A stretch of DNA of 62,858 nucleotides, the filler included, from Actinobacteria bacterium UBA7524 (GTDB lineage Bacteria; Actinomycetota; Coriobacteriia; Anaerosomatales; UBA912), in NCBI GenBank assembly GCA_002478275.1. It is 3 parts of 3 records of this genome, joined end to end, with 100 filler letters (N's around TTAATTAATTAA, not from the genome) between each part and the next. Parts side by side here need not be neighbours in the genome. Positions count along the whole stretch, not along the records: positions 1 to 17,327 come from DLMY01000039.1; 2 more parts are not named here. One strand, 5' to 3'. Positions within the stretch are counted from its first letter, which is position 1. Every line of letters begins with the position of its first letter. A program made the translations under genes and the position numbers. Below are positions 1-10,109 of the stretch, piece after piece. The notes under the pieces are model-generated. The model did no database searches. It was not told the DNA's origin and saw nothing but the letters and a program-made list of their open reading frames with translations.

Positions 1-3000
1 GCAGCCGTACCGCCCAAGATGATGGCCTTGGCCGCCCCGAGGCGTGTGATCTCGTCAGTGACGGCTTGTGCGAGCGTGCCTTGGCGGGTGAGCAGGACCG
101 GTCCGTCGAGTGCTCCAGCAAGCGAGGAGCCGCCCAGGGCGTCTGGCCAGTTCTCACCGGTGGCGATGACCACCGTGCGCGCTCCTGCCGGGTCGAGACC
201 GGTCGGATAGGCGCGGATGGAGGCTTCGACCGCTGTGGTGTAGCGGTTGGTGCCTTCGATGGGGACGACGGGCGCCTCTTTGACGGTGATGGTGACGTTG
301 ACGGTGTTGGAGTACTCCTCGCCGTCATAGGCGCGGTAGCGGAACGTGTCGGTTCCCACGAAGCCTGCTGTCGGCGTGTAGATGAAGCCGCCGTTGGCGG
401 AAAGGGCAAGGGTGCCTGAAGAGACGTTCTGCACCAGGTGTGCGGTGAGCGGATCGCTCTCGGCATCGGTGTCGTTTCCAAGCACACCGGGGGCTGGCAC
501 CGTGAGAGCGGTGCCCTCGAGCACCTGATAGGCGTTGGCGACGGCGACAGGTGGTGTGTTGGGGGGTACCTCGGTCACCGTGATCGTGACGGTTACCACG
601 TCAGAGTAGAGCTCACCGTCACTAGCCTTGTAGGTGAACGTATCCGTACCGAAGAAGCCCGGGTCGGGATCGTAACTGAACGACCCGTCCGTCCCGGCGT
701 CGATGGTACCGTCCACGGGCAGAGAGACTACCACGCTGTAGAGCGTGTCGCCGTCCGGGTCGCTGTCGTTTGCCAGCAGACCGGGCGCAGGCACCACGAG
801 CAACGTGTCCTGAGCGGTGGTATAGGAGTCAGCCACTGCGACAGGTGCCCTGTTTGGGGGTGCCACAGCGAGCCAGTACACCTCCGTCGAGTCACTGTCG
901 TCGTCATACTCCAATGCGAATCCAGTGGAGCCGTACTCGATGTCGTAGGCTACACCCATCTCTCCTGGGCCGGCGGCCTGTGAGAAGTCCGCAGACCATT
1001 TGCCCTCGGCGTCTGCTGCGGCATAGCGCACGGGCCATGGCCACTCATCATCGGGGATGTGCACCTCTACGTCCGCGAACGGGAATGCGGTGCCGCTGAT
1101 GGTGTCGGCATCGACGTCGATACCGGTCACCTCGATCTCGGTGATCACGTGGGTCTTGGCGTTCGTACCGTCGCTGACGGTCACCTTGTCACCGGGCTCG
1201 ACGTTCGCGCCGATCTCGGTCTCGAAGTGCCCGCTCTCGTCGGTCTCAGCCGTCGTAGTGTGCGAGTAGTCGCCCTCCTCGCCTACGGAGATATCGACAG
1301 TCGTCGAAGGCAACCACTCCCCACCGCTCATCGAATCGTTCTCGGGGTTCACCGCGAAACGCGGATTGCCCACGCGCCACGGTACGACCGTCGCGTCGCG
1401 GTCCTCGTCGGGCTGTGATGCCTCTCCTGAGGTACCGGGGCCGATGTCATAGGTCTGATGCCAATCCCAATCGCCGTCAGGCGTCGAGAAGTCGGCGACC
1501 CACTCACCGGTGGTCTCGTCCGCAACCACCACGCGACCTCGCGGCTGCCAGAAGTCGTTGATCTCGACTAAGACTTCAGTGCCCGGTTCGGCGGTGCCCA
1601 TCACCAGGTTCGCCTCGGCGTCCACGTCGGTCACGTTCAGCCAGGTCACGACGTGCGTCTTGGTAGTGGTGCCATCGGTCACCGTCAGGATATCCTCGGC
1701 GGCGAAGTCGTACGCGATGTGGACGTCGAACCCGCCCCAATCGTCGATGGTGACGCTTTCGGTGTGGTCGTAGGCGCCCTCCTCGCCGACCTTGATGTCG
1801 ACCGAGGAGCCGGGCTCCCACTCATCGCCCCACACTCGGTCGTCCTGTGGATTCGCCCTGAACTTGGGATCTGCGACCCGCCAAGGTATCGCAGTGGCGT
1901 CGTCGTCATCGTCGTACTCGCGAGCTTCACCCGCGGTGCCGGCGACGATATCGAAGCCCTGTTCGTGGGGCTCGTCTCCGACCGGGTCGGTGAAGTCGAC
2001 TTCCCAGTAGCCGCTGTCTGGATCGGCCTGCGTCCAGCGTTCGACCGTGCCCCACCACTCACTGATGGAGACGGTCACGCCGACGCCGAGCTGCGCGTAG
2101 CCCCAGACGGTGTCTTCTTCGGCGTTCACACCATGGACCTCAAGGATCGTCACCGTATGCGACTTGACGCTCATGCCGTCGGTGACCGTGACCAGATCGT
2201 CAGGAGCCAGGTCGTGGGATTGCAGATTCACTCCCCAGCTGCCCCACTCGTCGGTCATCGCAGACGCGATCTCATCGGGTGCCTCCGGGTCTCCAACAGT
2301 GACGGTCACCAGAGTGCTGGGCCGCCAGTCCTCGCCCGAAACGGAGTTCTCGAGGGGATAAGCGCTGAAGCGCGGGTTCGGGACACGCCAGTAAGCCCAG
2401 GTCCCGTCCCAGTCCTCGTCGCGCTGCTCCGCTCGTCCGTGAGAACCCGCGCGGATGTCAACGATGCCTGAGAAGTCAGCTCCCCAGTTGCCGTCATTGT
2501 CGGCCTCAACCCCGAAGCCGACACCGTCCGGCCCCCACACCTCGACCATCAACTCGCTCCACGGATCGGCCAGGCCGGCCACGAAGTCGTTGTTCGTGTC
2601 GACGTGGGTGACTTCCAGCGCAGTAAGAACCGTGCTCTTGACGACGGCACCATCGTCGACGGTCACGAGCTCCCCGGCCACGAAGTCATGGTCAGGCTCC
2701 CACTCGACGAGGTAACCGCTCTCATCGACCTCAACGGTCATCTCCCAATCGGGCGTCTCGGTCGAGCCGACCGTGATACGTGCCGAGGAACCCGGTGCCC
2801 AGTCCCAGCCCTCGAGGCTGTCGTAGCCCGGATCGACCATGAAGTGCGGGTTGCTGATTCGCCAGCCGATCTCGGTCCCGTCATTGTCCTCGTCGTACTG
2901 CCCGGCATTGCCTCCAGTGCCGGGGCCGATATCGTACTCGCGCTCGTGCCACTCCTCGCCGGCGGCCACGCTGAAGTCCGCGATCCAGTTGCCGTCCTCA

Positions 3001-6000
3001 TCGGCGTAGGCCCAGCGCGCACACCAGTCCCAATCGTCGATGTTGACCTGGACCTCGGTGAACGGCTCAGCGGTGCCCCAGACGGTATCGCTGTGCGGGT
3101 CCACTCCGTCGACCGTAAGGGACGTGACGACCGTGCTCTTGAGTGTCGCTCCGTCGCTGATGTAGACGGTGTCGCCAGCCACGATGTCGTACTCGACCCA
3201 GGTGCCGAAGTTGCCGCCTTCATCAGTGCTCCACGTCGTGGTGAAGTCGGGGCCGTCGGCCGGGCTGATGGTGATCTCCAGGCTCGTATCAGGCTGCCAG
3301 TCCCAACCCCACAGGTCGTCACTGTGCGGGTTGACGCGGAAAGCGGTGTCCGGCACGCGCCAGCCGATCTCGGTGCCGTCCCAGTCCTCGTCGTACTGTG
3401 CAGCCATACCTTCGGTGCCAGGGCCTATGTCGAAGGTGCGGTACTGCTCTTCCCACGGATCGCCCACAGGCACACTGAAGTCGGCCACCCACACGCCGGT
3501 GAACTCATCGGCGTATACCCAACGAGAGAGTTCTCCGAAGATGTGTACCTCGACTTCGGTGCCGGGCTCCGCTGTACCCCAGACGGTCTCGGAGTCAGGA
3601 TCGACGCCGTCGACGGTAAGGGACGTGACGATCGTGCTCTTGGTCGTGATGCCGTCACTAACAGTGACCGTCTGCCCGGCCACGATGTCATACTCGTGAC
3701 CGATACCTGCGCCGAATTCGCCCCAGTCCCACGTTTCTGTCGTCGTGGTGTAGTCGGGATCTTCGGGGTCGCCGATCGTGATCTCGACCTGCGACCAGGG
3801 CTCCCAATCCCATCCCCAGATGTCATCAGTGTGCGGGTTCACGCGAAACGCCGTCGCAGGAACGCGCCAGTGTATCTCGGTGCCGTCGTTGTCTTCGTCG
3901 TACTGGCCCGCGTTACCTTGAGTACCGGGACCGATGTCGTACTCGCGCTCGTGCCACTCCTCGCCGGCGGCCACGCTGAAGTCCGCGACCCAGTTGCCGT
4001 CCTCATCGGCGTAAACCCAGCGCACGCACCAGTCCCAATCGTCGATGTTGACCTGGACCTCGGTGAACGGCTCGGCGGTACCCCAGACGATCTCGGAGTC
4101 AGGATCCACACCGTCGACGGTCAGAGACGTCACCACCGCGCTCTTGAACGTCGCACCATCGCTCACCGAGACGGTGTCGCCAGGCACGATGTCGTACTCG
4201 ATCCAGCTGCCGAAGTTGCCGCCTTCATCGGTGTTCCACGTCGTGGTGAAGTCTGGGCCCTCGACCGGGCTGATGGTGATGTCGATGCTAGTATCGGGCT
4301 GCCAGTCCCAGCCCCACAGGTCGTCACTGTGCGGGTTGACGCGGAAGGCGGTGTCCGGCACGCGCCAGCCGACGTCCGTGGCATCCCCGTCCTCGTCGTA
4401 CTGCATGGCATTACCTTCTGTGCCACGGCCGATATCGCACGGCTGCTCGTGCCACTCATCGCCCACGCCTACCGAGAAGTCGGCGATCCAGTAGCCTGTG
4501 TCGATATCTGCCTGGACTTGTCGCATGGCGCAGCCGTAAACGTTGACTTCGACGTCACTGCCCGGCTCTGCGGTTCCCCACACCACTTCCCAGTCAGAAT
4601 CGACGCCGTCGACCGTCAGTGAGGTGACGACCGTGCTCCTCGTCGTTGCGCCGTCACTCACGAACACGGTATCGCCCGCCACGACGTCGTACTCGAGCCA
4701 CAAGCCGAAGTTGCCTTCTCCGTCGGTGCCTGCGGTCGTCTGGTAATCCGGCGTCTCGGTGGAGTTCACGCAGATCTCAACGGTCGCATCACGTTGCCAG
4801 TCGCCGCCCCACACATCGTCGTTATGCGGATTGACCCTGAAGAAGGTGGCGGGCACGCGCCAGCCGATCTCGGTCCCATCGCCGTCCTCGTCGTACTGGC
4901 CAGCCATCCCTTCGGTGCCAGGGCCAATGTCGAATGCTCGCTCATGCCATTCGTCTCCTGCGGGCTCGGTGAAGTCCGCAATCCAGTTGCCGTGCTCGTC
5001 GGCGTCGACCCACCGCACACACCAGTCCCAGTCCCCGGTGGTGACCTGGACCTGACTGAACGGCTCGGCGGTACCCCAGACGACTTCCCAGTCAGGATCG
5101 ACGCCGTCGACAGTGAGCCACGTGGCTATCGTGCTCTTGGTCGTCACGCCATCACTGACATACAGAGTTTCACCAGGCCCGAAGTCGTATTCGAGCCTCA
5201 CGCCGAAGTTGCCCCATTCATCGGTACCGACGGTCGTCTGATAATCAGGAGTCTCTGTCGAACCGACCGAGACGGTGACGTTGCCCCAGGGCGTCCAGTC
5301 GCCACCCCAGACATCGTCCGTGTGCGGGTTGACCCTCATGAAGGTGTCCGGCACGCGCCACTGAACGTCGGTAGCGTCCCAGTCCTCGTCGTACTGCATC
5401 GCGTTTCCTGCGGTGCCACGACCGATGTCGAACGGCTGCTGGAAGTCGTCCTCGCTCCCGGCTACCTTGAAGTCCGCGACCCAGAAGCCCGTGAACTCAT
5501 CCGCCTGGACTTGTCGCATCGAGTGCCCGTGAACGTTGACCTCGACATCGCTGCCTGGTTCGGCTGTGCCCCAAACCGTGTCGGAATCCGGGTCCACACC
5601 ATCGACAGTCAATGAGGTCACTATCAGGCTCCTGGCGGTGCTGCCATCACTCACGAACACGGTGTCGCCCGCCGCGATGTCATACTCGAGCCATGCGCCG
5701 AAGTTGCCCCACTCGTCGGTGTCAGCCCATGTCTGGTGGTCCGGCGTCTCAGTGGAGTTCACGCATATCTCGACGGTGGCATCAGGTCGCCAGTCCCCGC
5801 CCCACACATCGTCTGTGGCCGGATTGACCCTGATGTGCGTGTTCGGCACGCGCCAACCGATCTCTGTCCCGTCGCCGTCCTCGTCATACTGCCCAGCGTT
5901 GCCTCCAGTGCCGGGACCGATGTCGAAGGCGTCCTCATGCGGCTCGTCGCCAACGGGCTCGGTGAAGTCCACCATCCAGTTGCCGTCCGCATCGGCATCG

Positions 6001-8465
6001 GTCCAGCGCGCCCGCCAGTCCCAGTCCCCCGTGTTCACCTGGACCTGGCTGAACGGCTCGGCAGTGCCCCAGACGGTGTCTTCCTCATGGTCGACCCCGT
6101 CGACGGTCAGCCATGTGGCCATGGTGCTCTTGGTCGTCACACCGTCGCTGACATACACGATGTCACCGGGCTGGAAGTCATACGAGAGCGATGCACCGAA
6201 GCCGCCGTCCCCATCAGTGCCGATCCACTCGCTGTAGTCGGCAGTCTCGGTACCGTTGATCGAGACCAGCACGGTCGAATCAGGCTGCCAGTCCCAACCC
6301 CAGACATCATCGCTGTGCGGGTTGACCCGGAACTGAGTGTCGGGAACACGCCACTGTGCGTCGGTGCCGTCTCCGTCTTCGTCCAACTGGGTCGCGCTTC
6401 CCTGCGTGCCGCGGCCGATGTCGTATGCCTGTTCCGTCCAGTCATCGCCGGTCGGATATGAGAAGTCCACCGCCCATTCGCCTGTGATCTCATCGGCGAG
6501 AACCGTCCGGGTCGGACCCCACCAGATGTCCACCTGTACCTGACTACCGGGGTCGGCTGTCCCCCAGACGACCTCCCAATCGGGATCGACGCCATCTACG
6601 ACGATCGGAGCCACTATGACGCTCTTGGTCGTATGACCATCGCTTATGTAGACGGTGTCACCGGGCGTGAGGTCCCAGTCGACCAGACCGTCGAAATTCC
6701 CCCACTCGTAGGTGTCCCAGTGCGTCTCCCACGATGGTGATTCTGTCGAGTTGATGGCGATGTGCACGGTCGAGTTGGGCTCCCAATCCCATCCCCACAC
6801 GTTGTCGGTGTTCGGATTGACGCGGAACGCCGGAGCGGCGACCCTCCAGTCCATCGATGTGCCGGAGCCATCAGGGTCCGCCTGGACGGCTGCTCCACTC
6901 GTGCCGAGTCCGATGTCGAAATCCTGCTCGTGCGGCTCGCTGCCGACCGCCTCCGAGAAGTCGGCCACCCACTCGCCGGTCGACTCGTCTGCAGTCACCA
7001 GCCTCCGTTGCTCTACCCCGTGCACGCCCACATGCACTTCTGTCCCTGGCTCGGCGGTACCCCGAACGGTGTCGCTGTCGGCATCCGCGCCATCGATCCA
7101 AAGCCATGTGACCCGCGTGTCACGGGTGTTGATACCGTCTGTCACGGTAACGGTCGTCTCGGCGACGATGTCCCACTCCACACCCGTGTTGAAGTTGCCT
7201 CCCTCATCGACATCAGCCGACATCGTATGCTCAGGGTCGGCCGGGTCGCCGAACTTGATCTCGACCTGACTCCCGGCTTCCCACTCCCATCCCCACACGC
7301 CCTCATCGCGGGGATTGACATGGAACGTCGGGTTCTTCGCGCGCCATTCGACCCAAGTGACATCTCTGTCGTCATCCGTCAGCTGCACCCAGCCCTCATT
7401 GCCGTAGTTGAGGTCGTATTCGCGGTCCACCGGCTCGGCACCAACCGCCACAGAGAAATCGGCGGTCCAGGCTCCGGACTCTCCATCCGCAACTACCTCG
7501 CGGCCGCAGCCCTCGTCGTCTCGTATAGCCACCCACAAGGTTTCACCAACCGGGGCCGTGCCGTGCAACCGCTCATCATCGACATCTACGGAATCAACCG
7601 ACACACCCGCGACCCTATGGTCCTTGTCGTGCGTGCCATCGCTCACCCAGATGAGATCGCCTGGGGCGACATCGTGACCGTCGAACTCGCCGAATCCGAA
7701 GTTGCCGTCGTAGTCACTAGTTGTCGAATACTCCCGGTCTGGGGACTCGGGATCCTCCCCGATCTTGATTGTCATCTCAGCGTTGCTCAGCCAGCCGTGT
7801 CCCCACACGAAGTTGTCTCGCGCATTGACCTTGAAGTGCGGGTCAGACACGCGCCACCTGATGAAAGTCTGGTCCTCGTCGTCATCGTAACGAGCGGCAT
7901 AACCCTGAACACCGGGGCCGATGTCATAGGTGTCGTCCCATGGCTCTCCCGAATCGCCCCCGAGCACAGAGAAGTCCGCGATCCAGTAGCCGTCCCCCGG
8001 GTTCGAGTCGACCCAGCGCCGCTGCTCCGCCCCATCGATCCCGACCAGGACCGCGGTCTCCTCGGCGGAATAGCCCCACACGGTGCTTGCCGGAGCCACG
8101 TTGATACCATCAAGCGACAATACCTGGACGGTGTGGTCCTTCAGGTTCGTCCCGTCGTCGACCGTGATGAGCTCCCCAGCCTGGATATCGTAGTCGAGCC
8201 CACCGATGTTCCAGTTGCCGTAAGGGTCGGTCTCGGCGGTCTCCTGGTGCACGGGGTCACCCGGGTCGCCCACCTTGACCGTGACTGTCACGCCCGGGTT
8301 CCAGAAGTGACCCCATACCTCGTTGCGTTCAGGGTCGACCTTGAAGTGCGGCGCAGGCTGGGCCGCGGCTAAGGAAGGTAAGGCGAGTCCGTTTGGAAAC
8401 GCCAGCAGCATGGCGCACAGTGCGGATACGAAACGACGCCTGAGACTGGAACGGACGAACGACAT
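1..8465 (-). CDS. Giant (>2820 aa) cell-surface protein: signal peptide, 15 tandem ~165-aa acidic repeats, two Big_9/cadherin-like Ig domains, C-terminal CWB2 (cell_wall_binding_2) repeats; 3' end runs off the window
   Basis: GGGGAGG RBS, then ATG at 8465 (MSFVRSSLRRRFVSALCAMLLAFPNGLALPSLAAAQPAPHFKVDP). The same frame at the window start reads TDEITRLGAAKAIILGGTAA (CWB2 motif). The ORF track has no stop-terminated ORF in this frame, which is consistent with an uninterrupted ORF lacking an in-window stop. Confidence 0.9.
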   Translation of the reverse strand, partial: MSFVRSSLRRRFVSALCAMLLAFPNGLALPSLAAAQPAPHFKVDPERNEVWGHFWNPGVTVTVKVGDPGDPVHQETAETDPYGNWNIGGLDYDIQAGELITVDDGTNLKDHTVQVLSLDGINVAPASTVWGYSAEETAVLVGIDGAEQRRWVDSNPGDGYWIADFSVLGGDSGEPWDDTYDIGPGVQGYAARYDDDEDQTFIRWRVSDPHFKVNARDNFVWGHGWLSNAEMTIKIGEDPESPDREYSTTSDYDGNFGFGEFDGHDVAPGDLIWVSDGTHDKDHRVAGVSVDSVDVDDERLHGTAPVGETLWVAIRDDEGCGREVVADGESGAWTADFSVAVGAEPVDREYDLNYGNEGWVQLTDDDRDVTWVEWRAKNPTFHVNPRDEGVWGWEWEAGSQVEIKFGDPADPEHTMSADVDEGGNFNTGVEWDIVAETTVTVTDGINTRDTRVTWLWIDGADADSDTVRGTAEPGTEVHVGVHGVEQRRLVTADESTGEWVADFSEAVGSEPHEQDFDIGLGTSGAAVQADPDGSGTSMDWRVAAPAFRVNPNTDNVWGWDWEPNSTVHIAINSTESPSWETHWDTYEWGNFDGLVDWDLTPGDTVYISDGHTTKSVIVAPIVVDGVDPDWEVVWGTADPGSQVQVDIWWGPTRTVLADEITGEWAVDFSYPTGDDWTEQAYDIGRGTQGSATQLDEDGDGTDAQWRVPDTQFRVNPHSDDVWGWDWQPDSTVLVSINGTETADYSEWIGTDGDGGFGASLSYDFQPGDIVYVSDGVTTKSTMATWLTVDGVDHEEDTVWGTAEPFSQVQVNTGDWDWRARWTDADADGNWMVDFTEPVGDEPHEDAFDIGPGTGGNAGQYDEDGDGTEIGWRVPNTHIRVNPATDDVWGGDWRPDATVEICVNSTETPDHQTWADTDEWGNFGAWLEYDIAAGDTVFVSDGSTARSLIVTSLTVDGVDPDSDTVWGTAEPGSDVEVNVHGHSMRQVQADEFTGFWVADFKVAGSEDDFQQPFDIGRGTAGNAMQYDEDWDATDVQWRVPDTFMRVNPHTDDVWGGDWTPWGNVTVSVGSTETPDYQTTVGTDEWGNFGVRLEYDFGPGETLYVSDGVTTKSTIATWLTVDGVDPDWEVVWGTAEPFSQVQVTTGDWDWCVRWVDADEHGNWIADFTEPAGDEWHERAFDIGPGTEGMAGQYDEDGDGTEIGWRVPATFFRVNPHNDDVWGGDWQRDATVEICVNSTETPDYQTTAGTDGEGNFGLWLEYDVVAGDTVFVSDGATTRSTVVTSLTVDGVDSDWEVVWGTAEPGSDVEVNVYGCAMRQVQADIDTGYWIADFSVGVGDEWHEQPCDIGRGTEGNAMQYDEDGDATDVGWRVPDTAFRVNPHSDDLWGWDWQPDTSIDITISPVEGPDFTTTWNTDEGGNFGSWIEYDIVPGDTVSVSDGATFKSAVVTSLTVDGVDPDSEIVWGTAEPFTEVQVNIDDWDWCVRWVYADEDGNWVADFSVAAGEEWHEREYDIGPGTQGNAGQYDEDNDGTEIHWRVPATAFRVNPHTDDIWGWDWEPWSQVEITIGDPEDPDYTTTTETWDWGEFGAGIGHEYDIVAGQTVTVSDGITTKSTIVTSLTVDGVDPDSETVWGTAEPGTEVEVHIFGELSRWVYADEFTGVWVADFSVPVGDPWEEQYRTFDIGPGTEGMAAQYDEDWDGTEIGWRVPDTAFRVNPHSDDLWGWDWQPDTSLEITISPADGPDFTTTWSTDEGGNFGTWVEYDIVAGDTVYISDGATLKSTVVTSLTVDGVDPHSDTVWGTAEPFTEVQVNIDDWDWCARWAYADEDGNWIADFSVAAGEEWHEREYDIGPGTGGNAGQYDEDNDGTEIGWRISNPHFMVDPGYDSLEGWDWAPGSSARITVGSTETPDWEMTVEVDESGYLVEWEPDHDFVAGELVTVDDGAVVKSTVLTALEVTHVDTNNDFVAGLADPWSELMVEVWGPDGVGFGVEADNDGNWGADFSGIVDIRAGSHGRAEQRDEDWDGTWAYWRVPNPRFSAYPLENSVSGEDWRPSTLVTVTVGDPEAPDEIASAMTDEWGSWGVNLQSHDLAPDDLVTVTDGMSVKSHTVTILEVHGVNAEEDTVWGYAQLGVGVTVSISEWWGTVERWTQADPDSGYWEVDFTDPVGDEPHEQGFDIVAGTAGEAREYDDDDDATAIPWRVADPKFRANPQDDRVWGDEWEPGSSVDIKVGEEGAYDHTESVTIDDWGGFDVHIAYDFAAEDILTVTDGTTTKTHVVTWLNVTDVDAEANLVMGTAEPGTEVLVEINDFWQPRGRVVVADETTGEWVADFSTPDGDWDWHQTYDIGPGTSGEASQPDEDRDATVVPWRVGNPRFAVNPENDSMSGGEWLPSTTVDISVGEEGDYSHTTTAETDESGHFETEIGANVEPGDKVTVSDGTNAKTHVITEIEVTGIDVDADTISGTAFPFADVEVHIPDDEWPWPVRYAAADAEGKWSADFSQAAGPGEMGVAYDIEYGSTGFALEYDDDSDSTEVYWLAVAPPNRAPVAVADSYTTAQDTLLVVPAPGLLANDSDPDGDTLYSVVVSLPVDGTIDAGTDGSFSYDPDPGFFGTDTFTYKASDGELYSDVVTVTITVTEVPPNTPPVAVANAYQVLEGTALTVPAPGVLGNDTDAESDPLTAHLVQNVSSGTLALSANGGFIYTPTAGFVGTDTFRYRAYDGEEYSNTVNVTITVKEAPVVPIEGTNRYTTAVEASIRAYPTGLDPAGARTVVIATGENWPDALGGSSLAGALDGPVLLTRQGTLAQAVTDEITRLGAAKAIILGGTA
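870..8350 (-). repeat. Intragenic tandem repeat array, 15 units of ~500 nt
   Basis: The F-x-V-[ND]-P...D-x-VWG motif recurs at about 8340, 7835, 7325, 6825, 6330, 5835, 5340, 4843, 4345, 3848, 3342, 2845, 2368, 1863 and 1358. Units end in a DxDxDxT...WRVP-like motif. Confidence 0.85.
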
Positions 8466-8702
8466 CTTGCGCCTCCCCGACTCGTGGTCCCGACGGGCGA
8501 AGGCAGGAGGAAAGCCGCCACCCCGGCACCGGTCTCAATGATCCCCTCGCCGCTGCCGCTACCAGGTAGAGAAGCGACGGCTCGTGTCCCCGAATTGCGA
8601 GCACGCGAAGTTCAAGCCCCAACCATATGAGAATACCCAATCTGAGGGAGATGCTAAAGCCGAACCCTCTTCGAATCTGACGCGCCGTAGCCCGCCGTAG
8701 CG

Positions 8703-8743
8703 TTTCATTCACGCGCTGAATGCTTTTCATTCACGCGCTGAAT
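8703..8743. promoter_or_regulatory. Tandem palindromic operator-like site (2 x TTTCATTCACGCGCTGAAT)
   Basis: Exact 19-bp direct repeat at 8703-8721 and 8725-8743 (22-bp period). Each copy contains the inverted repeat ATTCA-N5-TGAAT. AT-rich intergenic DNA upstream of the giant surface-protein gene. Confidence 0.6.
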
Positions 8744-8782
8744 AGAATACCGACGCTCCTGCCCTGCCCCCTGCTGCGCCTG

Positions 8783-10066
8783 CTACAGCCCGCGCAGCAC
8801 TCCTGCTGCCGCGTCGACGTACGCGTCGATGTCGGCATCGGTGTGCGCGAGCGAGACGAACGTCGCCTCGAACTGGCTCGGCGCGATGGTGAAGCCGGCT
8901 TCGAGCACTCCTCGGAAGTAGGCGGCGTAAAGCTCGGTGTCGCACGTCGACGCGCTGGCCCAGTCGACGACCTCGGCGTCGGTGAAGAACGTGCACAGCA
9001 TCGAGCCGACGCGCGTGCAGAACGAGGACACGCCCGCCTCCTGGGCCGCGTGACACAGGCCGCGTGCCAGGCGAGCGCCCTTGGCGTCGAGTTCCTCGTA
9101 GACGCCGGGCTGCTTGAGCGCCTCGATCGTGGCCAGCCCGGCGACCATCGCGACCGGGTTGCCGGAAAGCGTGCCGGCCTGGTAGACGGGGCCGATCGGC
9201 GCGAGGTGCTCCATGATCTCGCGCTTGCCGCCGAACGCGCCGACGGGGAAGCCGCCGCCGATGATCTTGCCGAGCGTGGTGAGGTCCGGCGTCACGCCGT
9301 AGAGCTCCTGCGCGCCGCCCAGCGCGACGCGGAAGCCGGAGATGACCTCGTCGAAGATCAACACGACGCCATGCTCGTCGCACAGCTCGCGCAGACCCGC
9401 CAGATAGCCCTCGCGCGGGGGGACGACGCCCATGTTGCCCGCGATGGGCTCCAAGATGATCGCAGCGACCTCTTCGCCCTGCTTGGCGAGCGCCTCGCGC
9501 ACAGCCTCAAGGTCGTTGTAGGGCAGCACGATCGTATCGGCCGCCGCGCCCTTGGTGACCCCGGGGGTCGACGGGATGCCGAGCGTGAGCAACCCCGAGC
9601 CGGCCGCCACGAGCAGCGCATCGGAGTGGCCGTGGTAGTTGCCGTCGAACTTGATGAACTTGTCGCGCCCGGTGTAGCCACGGGCGAGGCGGATCGCGCT
9701 CATCGTCGCCTCGGTGCCGCTGGAGACGAAGCGCACCATCTCGATGCCGGGCACCGCGTCGATGACCGCTTCGGCCAGCGCGATCTCAGCGTGTGTCGGC
9801 GCACCGTAGCTCGTGCCCTTGTCGAGCTGCTCGCGAACCTTGTCGAGCACGGCATCAGGCGCATGACCGAGGATCATCGGCCCCCACGAAGCCACGAAAT
9901 CGATGTAGACGTTGCCGTCGGCGTCCCACACGCGCGCGCCCTTGGCACGGTCGTAGAAGACCGGGTTGCAGCCGACTGACTTGAACGCGCGAACAGGCGA
10001 ATTGACGCCGCCGGGGATCAGCCCGCACGCGGCGTTGAAGTAGTCGTTCGAGGTGGGATGCTGCAT
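8783..10066 (-). CDS. hemL: Glutamate-1-semialdehyde 2,1-aminomutase
   Basis: IPGGVNSPVRAF, SWGPMILGH, FDEVISGFR, TLGKIIGGGFPVGAFGG, YQAGTLSGNP motifs; AGGAG RBS before ATG 10066. Confidence 0.97.
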   Translation of the reverse strand: MQHPTSNDYFNAACGLIPGGVNSPVRAFKSVGCNPVFYDRAKGARVWDADGNVYIDFVASWGPMILGHAPDAVLDKVREQLDKGTSYGAPTHAEIALAEAVIDAVPGIEMVRFVSSGTEATMSAIRLARGYTGRDKFIKFDGNYHGHSDALLVAAGSGLLTLGIPSTPGVTKGAAADTIVLPYNDLEAVREALAKQGEEVAAIILEPIAGNMGVVPPREGYLAGLRELCDEHGVVLIFDEVISGFRVALGGAQELYGVTPDLTTLGKIIGGGFPVGAFGGKREIMEHLAPIGPVYQAGTLSGNPVAMVAGLATIEALKQPGVYEELDAKGARLARGLCHAAQEAGVSSFCTRVGSMLCTFFTDAEVVDWASASTCDTELYAAYFRGVLEAGFTIAPSQFEATFVSLAHTDADIDAYVDAAAGVLRGL

Positions 10067-10109
10067 GGTTCGCACACTCCTAAGAAGTCGGGCCGAGGAA
10101 CGCTGTCGA

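Noticed and set aside
870..8350. Repeats in the giant gene as a CRISPR array or a DGR template/variable pair
   Set aside because: Units are ~500-nt in-frame coding repeats, differences are not adenine-specific, and no reverse transcriptase is present in the window.
19..8372. Long plus-strand ORFs (e.g. 2604-4622, 6762-8372) and the many similar antisense ORFs elsewhere in the window
   Set aside because: Shadow frames of high-GC minus-strand genes; they carry no recognisable motifs.
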